Positions 1-8,843 of a stretch of 38,023 nucleotides of DNA are shown piece after piece. Under the pieces are notes generated by a model. That model was not told the DNA's origin and did not search any database. It worked only from the letters and a program-made list of their open reading frames with translations. The position numbers and the translations under genes are program-made. Source of the stretch: a virus (lineage: Duplodnaviria > Caudoviricetes); the IMG/VR virus record IMGVR_UViG_3300033067_000465, positions 1 through 38,023 of that record. One strand, written 5' to 3'. Every line of letters starts with the position of its first letter. Positions within the stretch are counted from its first letter, which is position 1.

Positions 1-189
1 GAAATCGTCTATGTAAGCTATTACTGCTGATATTTCATCTTTTGAATACACTCCGTTGTAGTACTCGCAAAAAGTTACAATATCACCTATCTTATAATCC
101 CTGTCGTTATACCTAACATCCGCAACACGGCTTAGATTCATTATAGATGCGAATTGTTTCTGTATTGCTTTCACTCTATGATGATTCAT
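1..189 (-). CDS. DUF3850/ASCH-like (PUA fold) protein, N-terminal part; continues at 38023..37958
   Basis: Manual translation MNHHRVKAIQKQF...VRYNDRDYKIGDIVTFCEY...IAYIDDF; the RxNDRxYxxGD motif is typical of DUF3850. Confidence 0.75.
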   Translation of the reverse strand, partial: MNHHRVKAIQKQFASIMNLSRVADVRYNDRDYKIGDIVTFCEYYNGVYSKDEISAVIAYIDDF

Positions 190-341
190 TTCCTTTCTCC
201 GCAGTGTTTGCATTTATTAATTTCCCTAGATCTAAACTTCCTTACGATAAACCAACCTCCAAATGACTCTCCTTCAGGACGCATCAAAATATGCGGATCC
301 AAAACACATCCCCACATAAAGCACAGTAATTTATTTAGCAT
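186..341 (-). CDS. Small Cys-containing phage protein (51 aa)
   Basis: Manual translation MLNKLLCFMWGC...NKCKHCGERK; fills the gap and has an ATGA overlap with the downstream gene. Confidence 0.6.
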   Translation of the reverse strand: MLNKLLCFMWGCVLDPHILMRPEGESFGGWFIVRKFRSREINKCKHCGERK

Positions 342-631
342 TTTGGGTTCTCCGGTAGTTCACAGTAGTGGGTAGGCTTTATAATACAGTGGTTAAGATA
401 AGCGTCACTACATACTGCGATTTGTTTATTCGTCTTGAGGTTAAACTCAATATGCTCAGACCAAAACAGCACCACTTCCCTATCCTTCGGCGTATGCTTA
501 TCAATCGGAAGCCAAGGGTTGAGTTCCGAGCAATTATTTATCAAATCATTTAAAACATCTATAACAGACGCATCTTTACCGCTGCACATTTCATCGTAAG
601 CCATCAATCTTTCTTCAGTTATTCCTCTCAT
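335..631 (-). CDS. DUF551-like phage protein
   Basis: WLPIDKHTPKDREVVLFW...PTHYCELPENP matches the W-I-P...P...THW-x-P-L-P pattern. Confidence 0.6.
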   Translation of the reverse strand: MRGITEERLMAYDEMCSGKDASVIDVLNDLINNCSELNPWLPIDKHTPKDREVVLFWSEHIEFNLKTNKQIAVCSDAYLNHCIIKPTHYCELPENPKC

Positions 632-807
632 TCCGTTACCTCTCTGAGGTTCTCTAGTTCTGCTAAAAAATTATGAGCATTAATAGAAATAATCTTAAGA
701 CACATTTCTTTGTCAACGATTTGCCTATCTTGTAGGCCAAGCACTGTTAAAACGTCATCAGTTGTACTAACTATTTCATTCTCGAAAATAACAAAAGCTA
801 CGCTCAT
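628..807 (-). CDS. Hypothetical protein (59 aa)
   Basis: Manual translation MSVAFVIFENEIV...REVTE; ATGA overlaps at both ends. Confidence 0.65.
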   Translation of the reverse strand: MSVAFVIFENEIVSTTDDVLTVLGLQDRQIVDKEMCLKIISINAHNFLAELENLREVTE

Positions 808-1190
808 TTGTTTAACTCCTCAAAAGGAGTGAAGCTGAATACTTTTAAAGTGTTATTCCAATCAGGTCTTAAAGTCTTAATCCCTTCTGGATAAATTTCA
901 TTAGTTTTTAAAAATAATGCGAGCGCCTTTTTATCATCAATGTCCAGCTCTTTGTTAAACTTCTCCCAAACCGGCTGCCCTGTACGCGCTTGCTGGCAGA
1001 TCATGTCTGCGAGTGGGCGAGGGTTGCAGATCAAATAGTGAGTTAGCCATAGGTGTTTCCAATCCCCTGTAAACATATCTGATTTAAACCGCTCGGTGCC
1101 GTCCTTATATCTACACAACACGTCATTCACACATGCTCTTATCTCCGCAATCTGCTCATCGCTTCCGGTGTATTCAATCCATTCGCTCAT
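804..1190 (-). CDS. Hypothetical phage protein
   Basis: 128 aa ORF, GAGG RBS, ATGA-coupled in the operon. Confidence 0.75.
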   Translation of the reverse strand: MSEWIEYTGSDEQIAEIRACVNDVLCRYKDGTERFKSDMFTGDWKHLWLTHYLICNPRPLADMICQQARTGQPVWEKFNKELDIDDKKALALFLKTNEIYPEGIKTLRPDWNNTLKVFSFTPFEELNK

Positions 1191-1438
1191 ATGTTTACCT
1201 CATTCAGTTCAGTTGGCAATTTTAAGTAATTTTTAAGATACCTTACGCTCCAATACAACCTATTAATCCTCTTTATTACTTTTACTTTATCCGGTCGCGG
1301 TATCAGTTTAGTTTCAATATATAATCGCGCAGACCTACTATCGGCAGAGTATCCATACAAATCCAGAACCTGTTTTGTACATAACAGATCATCGTCCTTG
1401 AGAGCCATAAACCAATCTGGCGCGACAATGAATCTCAT
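1187..1438 (-). CDS. Small winged-HTH (AlpA/Xis-like) DNA-binding protein
   Basis: LLCTKQVLDLYGYS...LIPRPDK...LYWSVRYLKNY pattern; resembles 9701..9973. Confidence 0.5.
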   Translation of the reverse strand: MRFIVAPDWFMALKDDDLLCTKQVLDLYGYSADSRSARLYIETKLIPRPDKVKVIKRINRLYWSVRYLKNYLKLPTELNEVNI

Positions 1439-1441
1439 ATG

Positions 1442-1522
1442 TCAATTTCCTATCAGAAATGCCGCATAGCATGACGAAACAATTATCAGTCCGCATACTA
1501 TTCCTGTTAGATATTCTCTCAT
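1442..1522 (-). CDS. 26-aa hydrophobic membrane peptide
   Basis: MREYLTGIVCGLIIVSSCYAAFLIGN with AGGAG RBS upstream. Confidence 0.5.
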   Translation of the reverse strand: MREYLTGIVCGLIIVSSCYAAFLIGN

Positions 1523-1603
1523 GATGTTACTCTCCTAGTTTATTTGAAATTTCACACCAGTAATCTTCTTCCTGCGGGGAATCGTTCCAATCAAAAAGAT
1601 TAA

Positions 1604-1825
1604 TCAAAGTTTTAGAATCATCATCCATGATTTTCCCATTAGCCAATCTGCTCCATTAGGATCTCTTGCTCTTATTCTGGAAACAAGCGAAATGAATCTT
1701 TCTTTATCTTCTTCGTCTGTGTCGATTGTGTGAGTTTCGATAAGCACTTTCAGAAGAGCGATTTCGCTGTCATTTTTTAACTTATCGATAATCTTGTTTA
1801 TTGTTTCAACTGGCACTGCTTTCAT
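1604..1825 (-). CDS. Hypothetical protein, possibly extended to 1527 by a -1 frameshift
   Basis: 73 aa ORF with GGAG RBS; G-GGA-AAA near the 3' end opens a -1 frame. Confidence 0.65.
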   Translation of the reverse strand: MKAVPVETINKIIDKLKNDSEIALLKVLIETHTIDTDEEDKERFISLVSRIRARDPNGADWLMGKSWMMILKL

Positions 1826-2322
1826 TTTTGTTCTCCGTTTTTAGGATTCCATCCAGCGGCTTTCATTTCTTCAACAACTTTGCAGGCCGGCAAATTCGAT
1901 AATTTTTTTTCTGACGATGGCATGTATTGTAGAAATTCAGGGAACACAGAAATAAATTCCTCTGTTGTTTTGCAGTCATTAATCACTGATTTTATTTTAG
2001 ATGAAATGCTATTAATAGAGTCTGTCTGCAATTCATGTGCGCCGTGCATTCGCTTAAGTTCGCTTCCGTTAGACGTGTCTGGGTGATAGTTATTATTAAG
2101 CACAGAAACATGGCCGATGCAACTAAAAGGAAGCTTGTATACTGTCTCCAAATATCCCTCAATAAAATGGTTTGCTGAAACAGCATCTTTCAATTCTTGT
2201 GGCCATTGATCTTTTGCTTCTTTCTGCATAAATACACGCATTTGTTCCCGGTAATCTACATTTGGTATATCGGCAATAATTGATTTTACAATATGCTCTC
2301 TCAATACTTTATTAAGTTTCAT
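1822..2322 (-). CDS. Nmad5-like (nucleotide-modification-associated domain 5) protein
   Basis: N-terminus MKLNKVLREHIVKSIIADIP and C-terminal CKTTEEFISVFPEF...LP...AAGW resemble this phage family. Confidence 0.6.
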   Translation of the reverse strand: MKLNKVLREHIVKSIIADIPNVDYREQMRVFMQKEAKDQWPQELKDAVSANHFIEGYLETVYKLPFSCIGHVSVLNNNYHPDTSNGSELKRMHGAHELQTDSINSISSKIKSVINDCKTTEEFISVFPEFLQYMPSSEKKLSNLPACKVVEEMKAAGWNPKNGEQK

Positions 2323-2356
2323 TTTTCATTCTCCGTTTCATTCAAAGTGTTCAAAC

Positions 2357-2385
2357 AATATAATCTATTAATATTTACTTGTCAA
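2357..2385 (-). promoter_or_regulatory. Sigma70-type leftward promoter
   Basis: TTGACA-N17-TATATT on the minus strand upstream of 2322. Confidence 0.75.
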
Positions 2386-2785
2386 ATTTATTTGCAATAT
2401 TTAACCAATCTTTAAATGCTTCGGTTGCAGCATCAGCTCCTAGCGCAACGCAAGTGAATGCGCCGAGTTCTTGCGCCGCGATAAGATAGGCTATTTGCTT
2501 ATCGGTTATTTTCGCCTTGGTTGATCTCGATTTTAACTCCATGCAGAATGTCGGTGACCCCGGAATTATTACGTCACAACATCCGGTTACAAAACCTTCA
2601 GCCTTGCACATTGTGATCTGATTAATATTTCTCTTTCCCTCGTTTCGGATGTGAGTCGCAACCGCAGCGTATTCATGATGATTTATTCTCAATCTGTTGA
2701 AAAAAGTAACCATGTGGTTACTTTCGCTTATTTTGCAGCCTTTTAGTGTGGTTCCGTAGACTTTTATGGCTGGGGGTATTTTCAA
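2375..2785 (-). CDS. VRR-NUC (PD-(D/E)xK) nuclease
   Basis: E...HIRNEGKR...EGFVTGCCDVII...MELKSR...Q motif; lies next to the helicase. Confidence 0.85.
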   Translation of the reverse strand: MKIPPAIKVYGTTLKGCKISESNHMVTFFNRLRINHHEYAAVATHIRNEGKRNINQITMCKAEGFVTGCCDVIIPGSPTFCMELKSRSTKAKITDKQIAYLIAAQELGAFTCVALGADAATEAFKDWLNIANKFDK

Positions 2786-2791
2786 AATAAT

Positions 2792-4690
2792 TTACCTTGT
2801 GAGTGGTGATGCGCTACACGTTTGCATGCCGAATCGTAATTTTGGGGATTCATCGGATTGCTGGTTGTATGCCAGTATTTTATAAAAACTTGAATTTTCT
2901 TTCTGCTCTTTTCTATATGTTATGGTTTCAGGTTGATATTCACCGCCATTCGTTACTCGCATAAATGCTTCATACTGCTTGATTAAAAACTGGTGACCGC
3001 TGCGAATGTGATACCAGATTGTTACTTTGCGATATTCCGTAATATAATCTACAACTAAGCATTCAGCACCGCTTCTTGCTAATGTTTTGCGTATTTCCCA
3101 GCTTATAACTTTGTCTGTTTGGATGGCGTAAGGGTCGCGCTTATGAGCTTTAAAATCAGCTATTAGCTTTTCGTTAGGGTCAATCAATTCTGCTTTGCAT
3201 TCAGCACAATAACGCGCAGCTATGTCGTTCTCCGCATTGCATTCACCGCACGCTTTAAATGTCCATCGATAATTGCAACGCTGATGCTCTCCTTTTCTTA
3301 ACTCTAATCCAAAACACCTGCGACCGTAGTGAGATGGCATTGGCCCGTATTCAGACTCTATTCTATTTCCGTCCAGGTCAACGAAATAACCATTCTGATC
3401 ATAAGCAAACCCGTCTTCATTCTTGCGCGCAGAAAACTCATTTTCTGTGTTGCACTGAGGGCAGATTGCTTTGACTATTCCGCCAGATTTTTTGTCGTTC
3501 CAGGCTTTGATCTTTGGGTCAAACAAATCACCGTCTGGGAAAAACCTATCCAATGTTCCGCTGTAATCATAAACAGTATAGTGCGGCTTTTCGCTTAAAT
3601 AGATTGCTTGTAGGCGTTGCTCTACTGTATCGAGCGGCATGTCTAAACGATGATTTAAACGCGCTCCCCTACCCAGTATCTGGCGGATCAATGACACCGA
3701 TTCGCTTGGGCGCAATATCACGATCGTGTCAACGTGCGGGTAGTCCACTCCAGTGGTTTGTGTAGCAACCGAAACGTTGTACTTGAACTTTCGAGCTTTA
3801 AAATCTTCAATGAATTTTCTTCTTCCTTTGCCGGTATTGATATCACCACCAATCATGCGGCTAAGTTCTGGCGGCAATGATGCCAAACATTCTTTGGCGT
3901 GATTAACTGTTGCTGCAAAAATCATCACCCCTGCACTATTGCGCGTATTTTCTACCACGTCCGCCATGATTCGGCTAGTTTTTCTACCTTGCCCTTCATA
4001 GGCCTGGTCAATATCGGCCTGGAAGAACTTGCCGGTTGATGCGTTAACACGAATGTTTTTAGTTTTGTACCCATCGGCGTTGATTGCCCCAATCACTGGA
4101 GCGCACAGATAGCCTTGTTCAACTAATTCACGCCCACCTATGCAGAATATTCGCTTGGCAAAGTATGGGTTACGGCATTCATCCTCGCGTGACGGCTTGT
4201 CGTTTTCATCCATTCCGTAAATCAGGCCGCTACCCAAACGATAAGGAGTAGCGCTAAGCCCTATAACGCGCAACTTATCATTCTTATCACGCAAATCATC
4301 TATGATATGGCGTATTGTTGGAGTAATTCCGTGCGCCTCGTCAATACAAACCAATCCAAATTTTGAACCGAATCGCTTAAGCTGATTTTTGATACTAAGT
4401 GGCGTACCGAACACAACCGGATGCCGTAAACTTGTTTCAATTGATGCGCTGAAAATGCTGGAAGGATTGCCTGTTGCTAAAAACTTTTCTCTGTTTTGAA
4501 CTATTAAATCAACGCTTGGAGCGGTGCATAAAACATGCTTTTCAGACATTTTGTAAAACGTTTCAGACACATGCGCTATGATATGGCTCTTGCCGCTTCC
4601 TGTCTCTGCTTCAATCAATCCATGGTCAATGCTTTTTTTTACCCATGACACCGCAGCATCATGGGCGTTTTGTTGATATGGTCGCAACAT
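2792..4690 (-). CDS. SF2 DExH helicase (RadD/YejH-like) with C-terminal zinc ribbons
   Basis: LRPYQ, ETGSGKS, DEAH, SAT, TGVDYP, QILGRGAR motifs; CxxC pairs. Confidence 0.93.
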   Translation of the reverse strand: MLRPYQQNAHDAAVSWVKKSIDHGLIEAETGSGKSHIIAHVSETFYKMSEKHVLCTAPSVDLIVQNREKFLATGNPSSIFSASIETSLRHPVVFGTPLSIKNQLKRFGSKFGLVCIDEAHGITPTIRHIIDDLRDKNDKLRVIGLSATPYRLGSGLIYGMDENDKPSREDECRNPYFAKRIFCIGGRELVEQGYLCAPVIGAINADGYKTKNIRVNASTGKFFQADIDQAYEGQGRKTSRIMADVVENTRNSAGVMIFAATVNHAKECLASLPPELSRMIGGDINTGKGRRKFIEDFKARKFKYNVSVATQTTGVDYPHVDTIVILRPSESVSLIRQILGRGARLNHRLDMPLDTVEQRLQAIYLSEKPHYTVYDYSGTLDRFFPDGDLFDPKIKAWNDKKSGGIVKAICPQCNTENEFSARKNEDGFAYDQNGYFVDLDGNRIESEYGPMPSHYGRRCFGLELRKGEHQRCNYRWTFKACGECNAENDIAARYCAECKAELIDPNEKLIADFKAHKRDPYAIQTDKVISWEIRKTLARSGAECLVVDYITEYRKVTIWYHIRSGHQFLIKQYEAFMRVTNGGEYQPETITYRKEQKENSSFYKILAYNQQSDESPKLRFGMQTCSASPLTR

Positions 4691-4691
4691 T

Positions 4692-4880
4692 TCATTTATT
4701 CAGCATTTCAAACAGATCGTCAAATGCGTTTGATACATCAACTGCAAAACAATCAGTAAAATATATTGTTGACCCAAAATCTCTTGAACATATTTGCATA
4801 ATTACATCTACATTAATTATAGTTGTCCTTGCTATGTTATCATTTCCAACAACATCCACTTTCATAAATTTCATCATCAA
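4692..4880 (-). CDS. Hypothetical protein
   Basis: 62 aa ORF coupled to both neighbours. Confidence 0.6.
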   Translation of the reverse strand: MMMKFMKVDVVGNDNIARTTIINVDVIMQICSRDFGSTIYFTDCFAVDVSNAFDDLFEMLNK

Positions 4881-5908
4881 TACTCTATAGTTACGTTTTT
4901 AATAAGTTTTTTGGCTATCAATGTTACTGCAAGAATGGCGCATTCTTCGGTCATCCCGCCATCAATAAAACACTGTTTTGCAGCTCTGTTTATTGCTTTA
5001 ATGTGCGCTTTATCTGCTTCACGTTTTAAGCGTTCGGCATCTGCTTTTTCTGCTTCCTGCTTAACACGCAATTTTTCATTTTCAATTGCTTGCGCCTCGC
5101 GTTGTTGCGCTTCAAGCTTCTCACGCTCCGCTTTTTCTGCTTGCAGTCTTAATTCAAGTTCTCTTCGTTCCGATGCTTCTCGTTCGGCATTGGCTTTTGA
5201 TTCTATGGCCTCACGTTCTTTTCTTGCTTTTTCTTCTGCTGCTTTAATTGCTCGCTCTTTGGCTTCTTTGGATATCCTAGCCTCTTTGTTTGCTTGCTCA
5301 CGTGCTGCAGCTTCGGAGCGGAGTTTTTCAAGTTCAGCTTGCTGCTGCTCTTGTGCTAACTTTTGCGCGTGAATTTCTCTGAGTTTCTTAAGCGTTGATT
5401 CTTTTATGTGTAACGCTTCTGTTTCATATTCTTCAAGCCAGTCGGTTATTTCTATTGATTCCAGCTTATTGATTACAACCAATATGCCGGCAGAGCTTAA
5501 AATTTCAGCGTCGTGATAGAATATCTTTATACCTTCTATAAACTGCTTTTTTTCATTTTCCTTGCGATCTTCTTCATCCTCCCAATCCGTCAGCGGTTTC
5601 CTAACCTTGGCGCGCAAAGAGTCGAGTTCCGCACGAACACGCGAGCGTTCTGCATCAATCTTTTTAGGCAACTCTTTTAATTCGGCCACCAATTCCTTAC
5701 CCAGATTATCAAGAGCCGTTTTGCTTTTTGCCACTTTGTACGCAATCGACGCTATAGCCTCACGGCCTTTTTTTGTCGATACGTCCGGCACGAATGACTC
5801 AACTTCCGCGCGTATCTTTTCGATCCATGGGTCAAGACCGTTTTTAGTTTGGTAAACAGTAAGAGCAGTTTCTTTTTTAGGTACTTCTGGTAAGTTTTCT
5901 GTTGTCAT
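4877..5908 (-). CDS. Conserved coiled-coil phage recombination-region protein (often mis-annotated TolA)
   Basis: PDVSTKKGREAIASIAYKVAKSKTALD...VRKPLTDWE N-terminus plus long E/K/A/R coiled coil. Confidence 0.8.
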   Translation of the reverse strand: MTTENLPEVPKKETALTVYQTKNGLDPWIEKIRAEVESFVPDVSTKKGREAIASIAYKVAKSKTALDNLGKELVAELKELPKKIDAERSRVRAELDSLRAKVRKPLTDWEDEEDRKENEKKQFIEGIKIFYHDAEILSSAGILVVINKLESIEITDWLEEYETEALHIKESTLKKLREIHAQKLAQEQQQAELEKLRSEAAAREQANKEARISKEAKERAIKAAEEKARKEREAIESKANAEREASERRELELRLQAEKAEREKLEAQQREAQAIENEKLRVKQEAEKADAERLKREADKAHIKAINRAAKQCFIDGGMTEECAILAVTLIAKKLIKNVTIEY

Positions 5909-5911
5909 TTT

Positions 5912-6556
5912 TTACACCTGGAATGTTAGTCGTTTATAAATTTTCATTGTTTTCCTAACGTCTGCTATGCAGTGATTAATTACCTTCAGCGGGTCTTTCT
6001 CCCAGAATTCGGCAACCTGTGAGCCGTCAATTTCGTCATCAATATCTATACCAAATACGCGGCATAATTTAGTCATACTTACCAATTTGTCACGATCTGG
6101 CGACCACATAAGCATGGTGTCTTTTACACAATCATCCCATCGCTTCGCGCTCATCGCTTTCAGCAACTTACCAGGTGGCTTGATACCTAAAATCATTGAG
6201 CGATGTTTTAAAAATGGCAGATCAAACCCGGCTAAATTATGGCCGCAGAAGTCTTCTGACAAAGTGCAGTCAATATAATCATAAAATGTAATGATAGATT
6301 CTTGTTCGCTCATCATTACATTACTGCTATCAATATCCTCATCTTCTCCCCATGCTATACAAGCAACACGCCCATACATACCATCTAACGATGTTTTGCT
6401 GACTATTTTCTTGAGTTCTGATTCTCGGTTTTCTTCCATCCATTTTGCTTTTGATTCCGGTAACTTAATATTTCCAGGTGGAGCAATCGATGATTCAAGA
6501 TAGGCAATTATTTCCTGGTTGTTTGTTGGTATTGTTTCAATGTCGAATGTAATCAT
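5912..6556 (-). CDS. DEDD 3'-5' exonuclease (PolB-exo-like)
   Basis: FDIET (Exo I), GHNLAGFDLPFL (Exo II), HCIADV (Exo III); ATG 6556 chosen from AGGA RBS. Confidence 0.88.
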   Translation of the reverse strand: MITFDIETIPTNNQEIIAYLESSIAPPGNIKLPESKAKWMEENRESELKKIVSKTSLDGMYGRVACIAWGEDEDIDSSNVMMSEQESIITFYDYIDCTLSEDFCGHNLAGFDLPFLKHRSMILGIKPPGKLLKAMSAKRWDDCVKDTMLMWSPDRDKLVSMTKLCRVFGIDIDDEIDGSQVAEFWEKDPLKVINHCIADVRKTMKIYKRLTFQV

Positions 6557-6595
6557 TATTTTTCCTATAAGGAGGCTGTTAACCACATTTGTTGT

Positions 6596-7084
6596 TTATC
6601 CGTTTAATGCAGAACCATTTTCTTTGTGCCACGCCGAATGGCATTTTGGACAAAGCCATCTAACACTTAATGGATGAGCATAATCATCATGATGCCCATG
6701 TATTCTTTTATGTTTAATACCGCATGTTTCGCAAATGTTATTTTTTATAACATTACCCACCCTAACAGCATTACTTAACATAATATGCACAGCATGCTTT
6801 ATTTTGTTTGTCTCAATGTATTGTTTTTTTGCTTTATTACCTGCAATAATACCTCTTGATGTTTTTTGATAATCGTTTCTTGCCTGCACTCTATCGGGAT
6901 TGTTCGACCTTGATTTATCATAATCAAGGTAATAATCAATGTTTTTTAATCTATTTTCTTTCGTATCTTTTTTGTTGCATTCCTTGCATTTGTTAAGCCT
7001 CCCATCTGCCATTTTAGGATGTTTATAAAAGTTAGATAAAGGCTTAACTTGTTCACATTTAAAGCATATTTTTGAATCATGCAT
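6596..7084 (-). CDS. HNH/His-Cys homing-type endonuclease
   Basis: CFKC...CKEC N-terminal zinc motif; CETCG...HGHHDDY...VRWLCPKCHSAWH. Confidence 0.85.
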   Translation of the reverse strand: MHDSKICFKCEQVKPLSNFYKHPKMADGRLNKCKECNKKDTKENRLKNIDYYLDYDKSRSNNPDRVQARNDYQKTSRGIIAGNKAKKQYIETNKIKHAVHIMLSNAVRVGNVIKNNICETCGIKHKRIHGHHDDYAHPLSVRWLCPKCHSAWHKENGSALNG

Positions 7085-7122
7085 TTGTTTTATCCTGTGA
7101 TAAATAAAACAACATTATAGCA
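7085..7122 (-). promoter_or_regulatory. Extended -10 promoter plus RBS-sequestering hairpin for the HNH gene
   Basis: TGCTATAAT at 7122-7114; 9-bp inverted repeat TTGTTTTAT/ATAAAACAA at 7085-7112 flanking AGGA. Confidence 0.6.
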
Positions 7123-7127
7123 TGATT

Positions 7128-7703
7128 CTAATTAAAAGGTATATCATCGTCTTCGACAATCTCAGGCCTCGCTTTTGCGGCCGGCTTTGATGTTGCAGTA
7201 AATACCTTTGGTGCTACAGCGCTCACCCAATTACCGCTGATATCATCGCCGTGATTATCCTTAGTTTTCCAGACTTGCAAAGTGATCATCATGGGTTTGT
7301 TGATAAGAGCTTTTTGCAATTGCTCGTCAGTTGGTTTTTTGCCCAGTGCGTATAATTTACCACCTGCATTCATATCGATTGACGCAAGCATTCTTTTTGC
7401 TGTTGACATGTGTCCCGCGTTCTTTTCTTCTTTAAAATCTGACTTGCTTTGATCTTTACCAAAAACGCAGATTTTCTGGAAAATTTTCCGGTTTGAGTAA
7501 TCATCCGGTTGCAGTATCGACCAGCGAGCTTCAATGTATTTTGTGTCATTTCCGTCATCAAATTCTTTCCAGCTTATTTCTTCGATTACAGCCAAGCATG
7601 TTGTGTTTTTTGGTATTACCTCAAAATCACCTCCGCCTGAAACAAATTCTGATTCTTGTTTAATTTCGTTACCTTCTTCGTCATCCCAAAAATTTGTAGT
7701 CAT
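7128..7703 (-). CDS. DUF669-like single-stranded DNA-binding protein
   Basis: GGDFEVIP start, position after Sak4, acidic SSB-type tail EDDDIPFN. Confidence 0.8.
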   Translation of the reverse strand: MTTNFWDDEEGNEIKQESEFVSGGGDFEVIPKNTTCLAVIEEISWKEFDDGNDTKYIEARWSILQPDDYSNRKIFQKICVFGKDQSKSDFKEEKNAGHMSTAKRMLASIDMNAGGKLYALGKKPTDEQLQKALINKPMMITLQVWKTKDNHGDDISGNWVSAVAPKVFTATSKPAAKARPEIVEDDDIPFN

Positions 7704-8548
7704 TCTGTTGCTCCTTTTTGATTAAAAAATGGTATGTATTGCAGCAATGGATTTTCCCCAATCGGAACCGGAATTTCATTTGGCATGTCGTAACGTGTTT
7801 TGGCGTCAACATAACCAACCACACCATCGCTCGATGTGATTAAAACCCTATCTCCTGTTTGTGTAATACGTCCTGTTTTAAGCGTCCTCCCTTTCTTGTC
7901 GATATTGTGCCCAGTTGCTATTTCCTCCTGTTTTAGGTAGATTGCCGCGTCCACCAGATTAATATAATTTGCCTTGCTTTTTACGTGCATGTCCATGCTG
8001 TAAACGTTATATTCGCCAGATAATTCCGGGTGGTTTTTGACTTTTCGGTTTCCTGTATGAGCTAAGAAAACAACGCTCATTCCTTTGGCGTTCCGTAAGC
8101 GATTACACAAAGCTATGATCTCATAATGCCAGTTTGCTATGATATCGTAACCCTTCTGAAAACCCCCGGCTGCATCCTGTACGCTGGCTGCTTCAGATTC
8201 ATCAAACTCCACCAATTCTCGCTCAAACATTGAGTTTAGACTTGTCACGCTATCAATTATCAGAGTTTTGTAAGGATGATCTTGCGTGCCAAACTCCTTG
8301 ATTTGTTCAAGCAATACTGCTTTTGTGCTTATGTTTTTCTTTTTATTCGCTTCCGGTAGCATCGGCATAAAGAATGGCTGTTGTTCTTCAGACAAGTTTT
8401 CAAATACAGTTTGAGAATCCTCTGACTGAATAAATGCAGGAGAAGGAAACAATCCAGCTAAACTTGATTTGCCAGCACCAGGAAATCCAATAATCGTAAG
8501 CATTGGAGGCTTCACCTTTGCTTTGCTTCCTTGATCCATATAGCTCAT
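7700..8548 (-). CDS. Sak4-like AAA ATPase / ssDNA-annealing recombinase
   Basis: GFPGAGKS Walker A, TLIIDS Walker B, VFLAH, AKTR motifs. Confidence 0.85.
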   Translation of the reverse strand: MSYMDQGSKAKVKPPMLTIIGFPGAGKSSLAGLFPSPAFIQSEDSQTVFENLSEEQQPFFMPMLPEANKKKNISTKAVLLEQIKEFGTQDHPYKTLIIDSVTSLNSMFERELVEFDESEAASVQDAAGGFQKGYDIIANWHYEIIALCNRLRNAKGMSVVFLAHTGNRKVKNHPELSGEYNVYSMDMHVKSKANYINLVDAAIYLKQEEIATGHNIDKKGRTLKTGRITQTGDRVLITSSDGVVGYVDAKTRYDMPNEIPVPIGENPLLQYIPFFNQKGATE

Positions 8549-8748
8549 TCTGCTCTCCTTAAATCAGCCAGCGCGCGCGTCAAGTCCATACTTGAGCGTT
8601 TGACTGCGGTTGTTTCAAGCTTGCCGCAAGTAGACCAATGCACTCCATTGTCGCTGCCCTCTTTGTGCATTATCTTTTCTAATGCCTTAGCCCTCTTCAA
8701 AAACCTTTCGGCTTCTGCTATCGCGTGTTTAAGTTTTGTTCTTGTCAT
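8545..8748 (-). CDS. Hypothetical protein, first gene of the leftward operon
   Basis: AAGGAG RBS before ATG 8748. Confidence 0.7.
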   Translation of the reverse strand: MTRTKLKHAIAEAERFLKRAKALEKIMHKEGSDNGVHWSTCGKLETTAVKRSSMDLTRALADLRRAE

Positions 8749-8775
8749 TTTTATCTCCTTTCCAACAATCAACAA

Positions 8776-8809
8776 TTGCCACTTTATACTAATCTGTGTT
8801 ATAGTGCAA
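8776..8809. promoter_or_regulatory. Overlapping divergent sigma70 promoters
   Basis: Plus strand TTGCCA-N18-TATAGT with extended TG (8776-8805); minus strand TTGCAC-N17-TAAAGT (8809-8781); located at the strand switch. Confidence 0.6.
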
Positions 8810-8843
8810 GCTTATTTGATTAATTATTTTTATAGGTACGGGA

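Noticed and set aside
4794-5855. Plus-strand ORFs 4794..5372 and 5562..5855, and a TolA call for the minus-strand gene
   Set aside because: The ORFs are antisense shadows of a coiled-coil gene; TolA likeness is compositional, with no TM anchor
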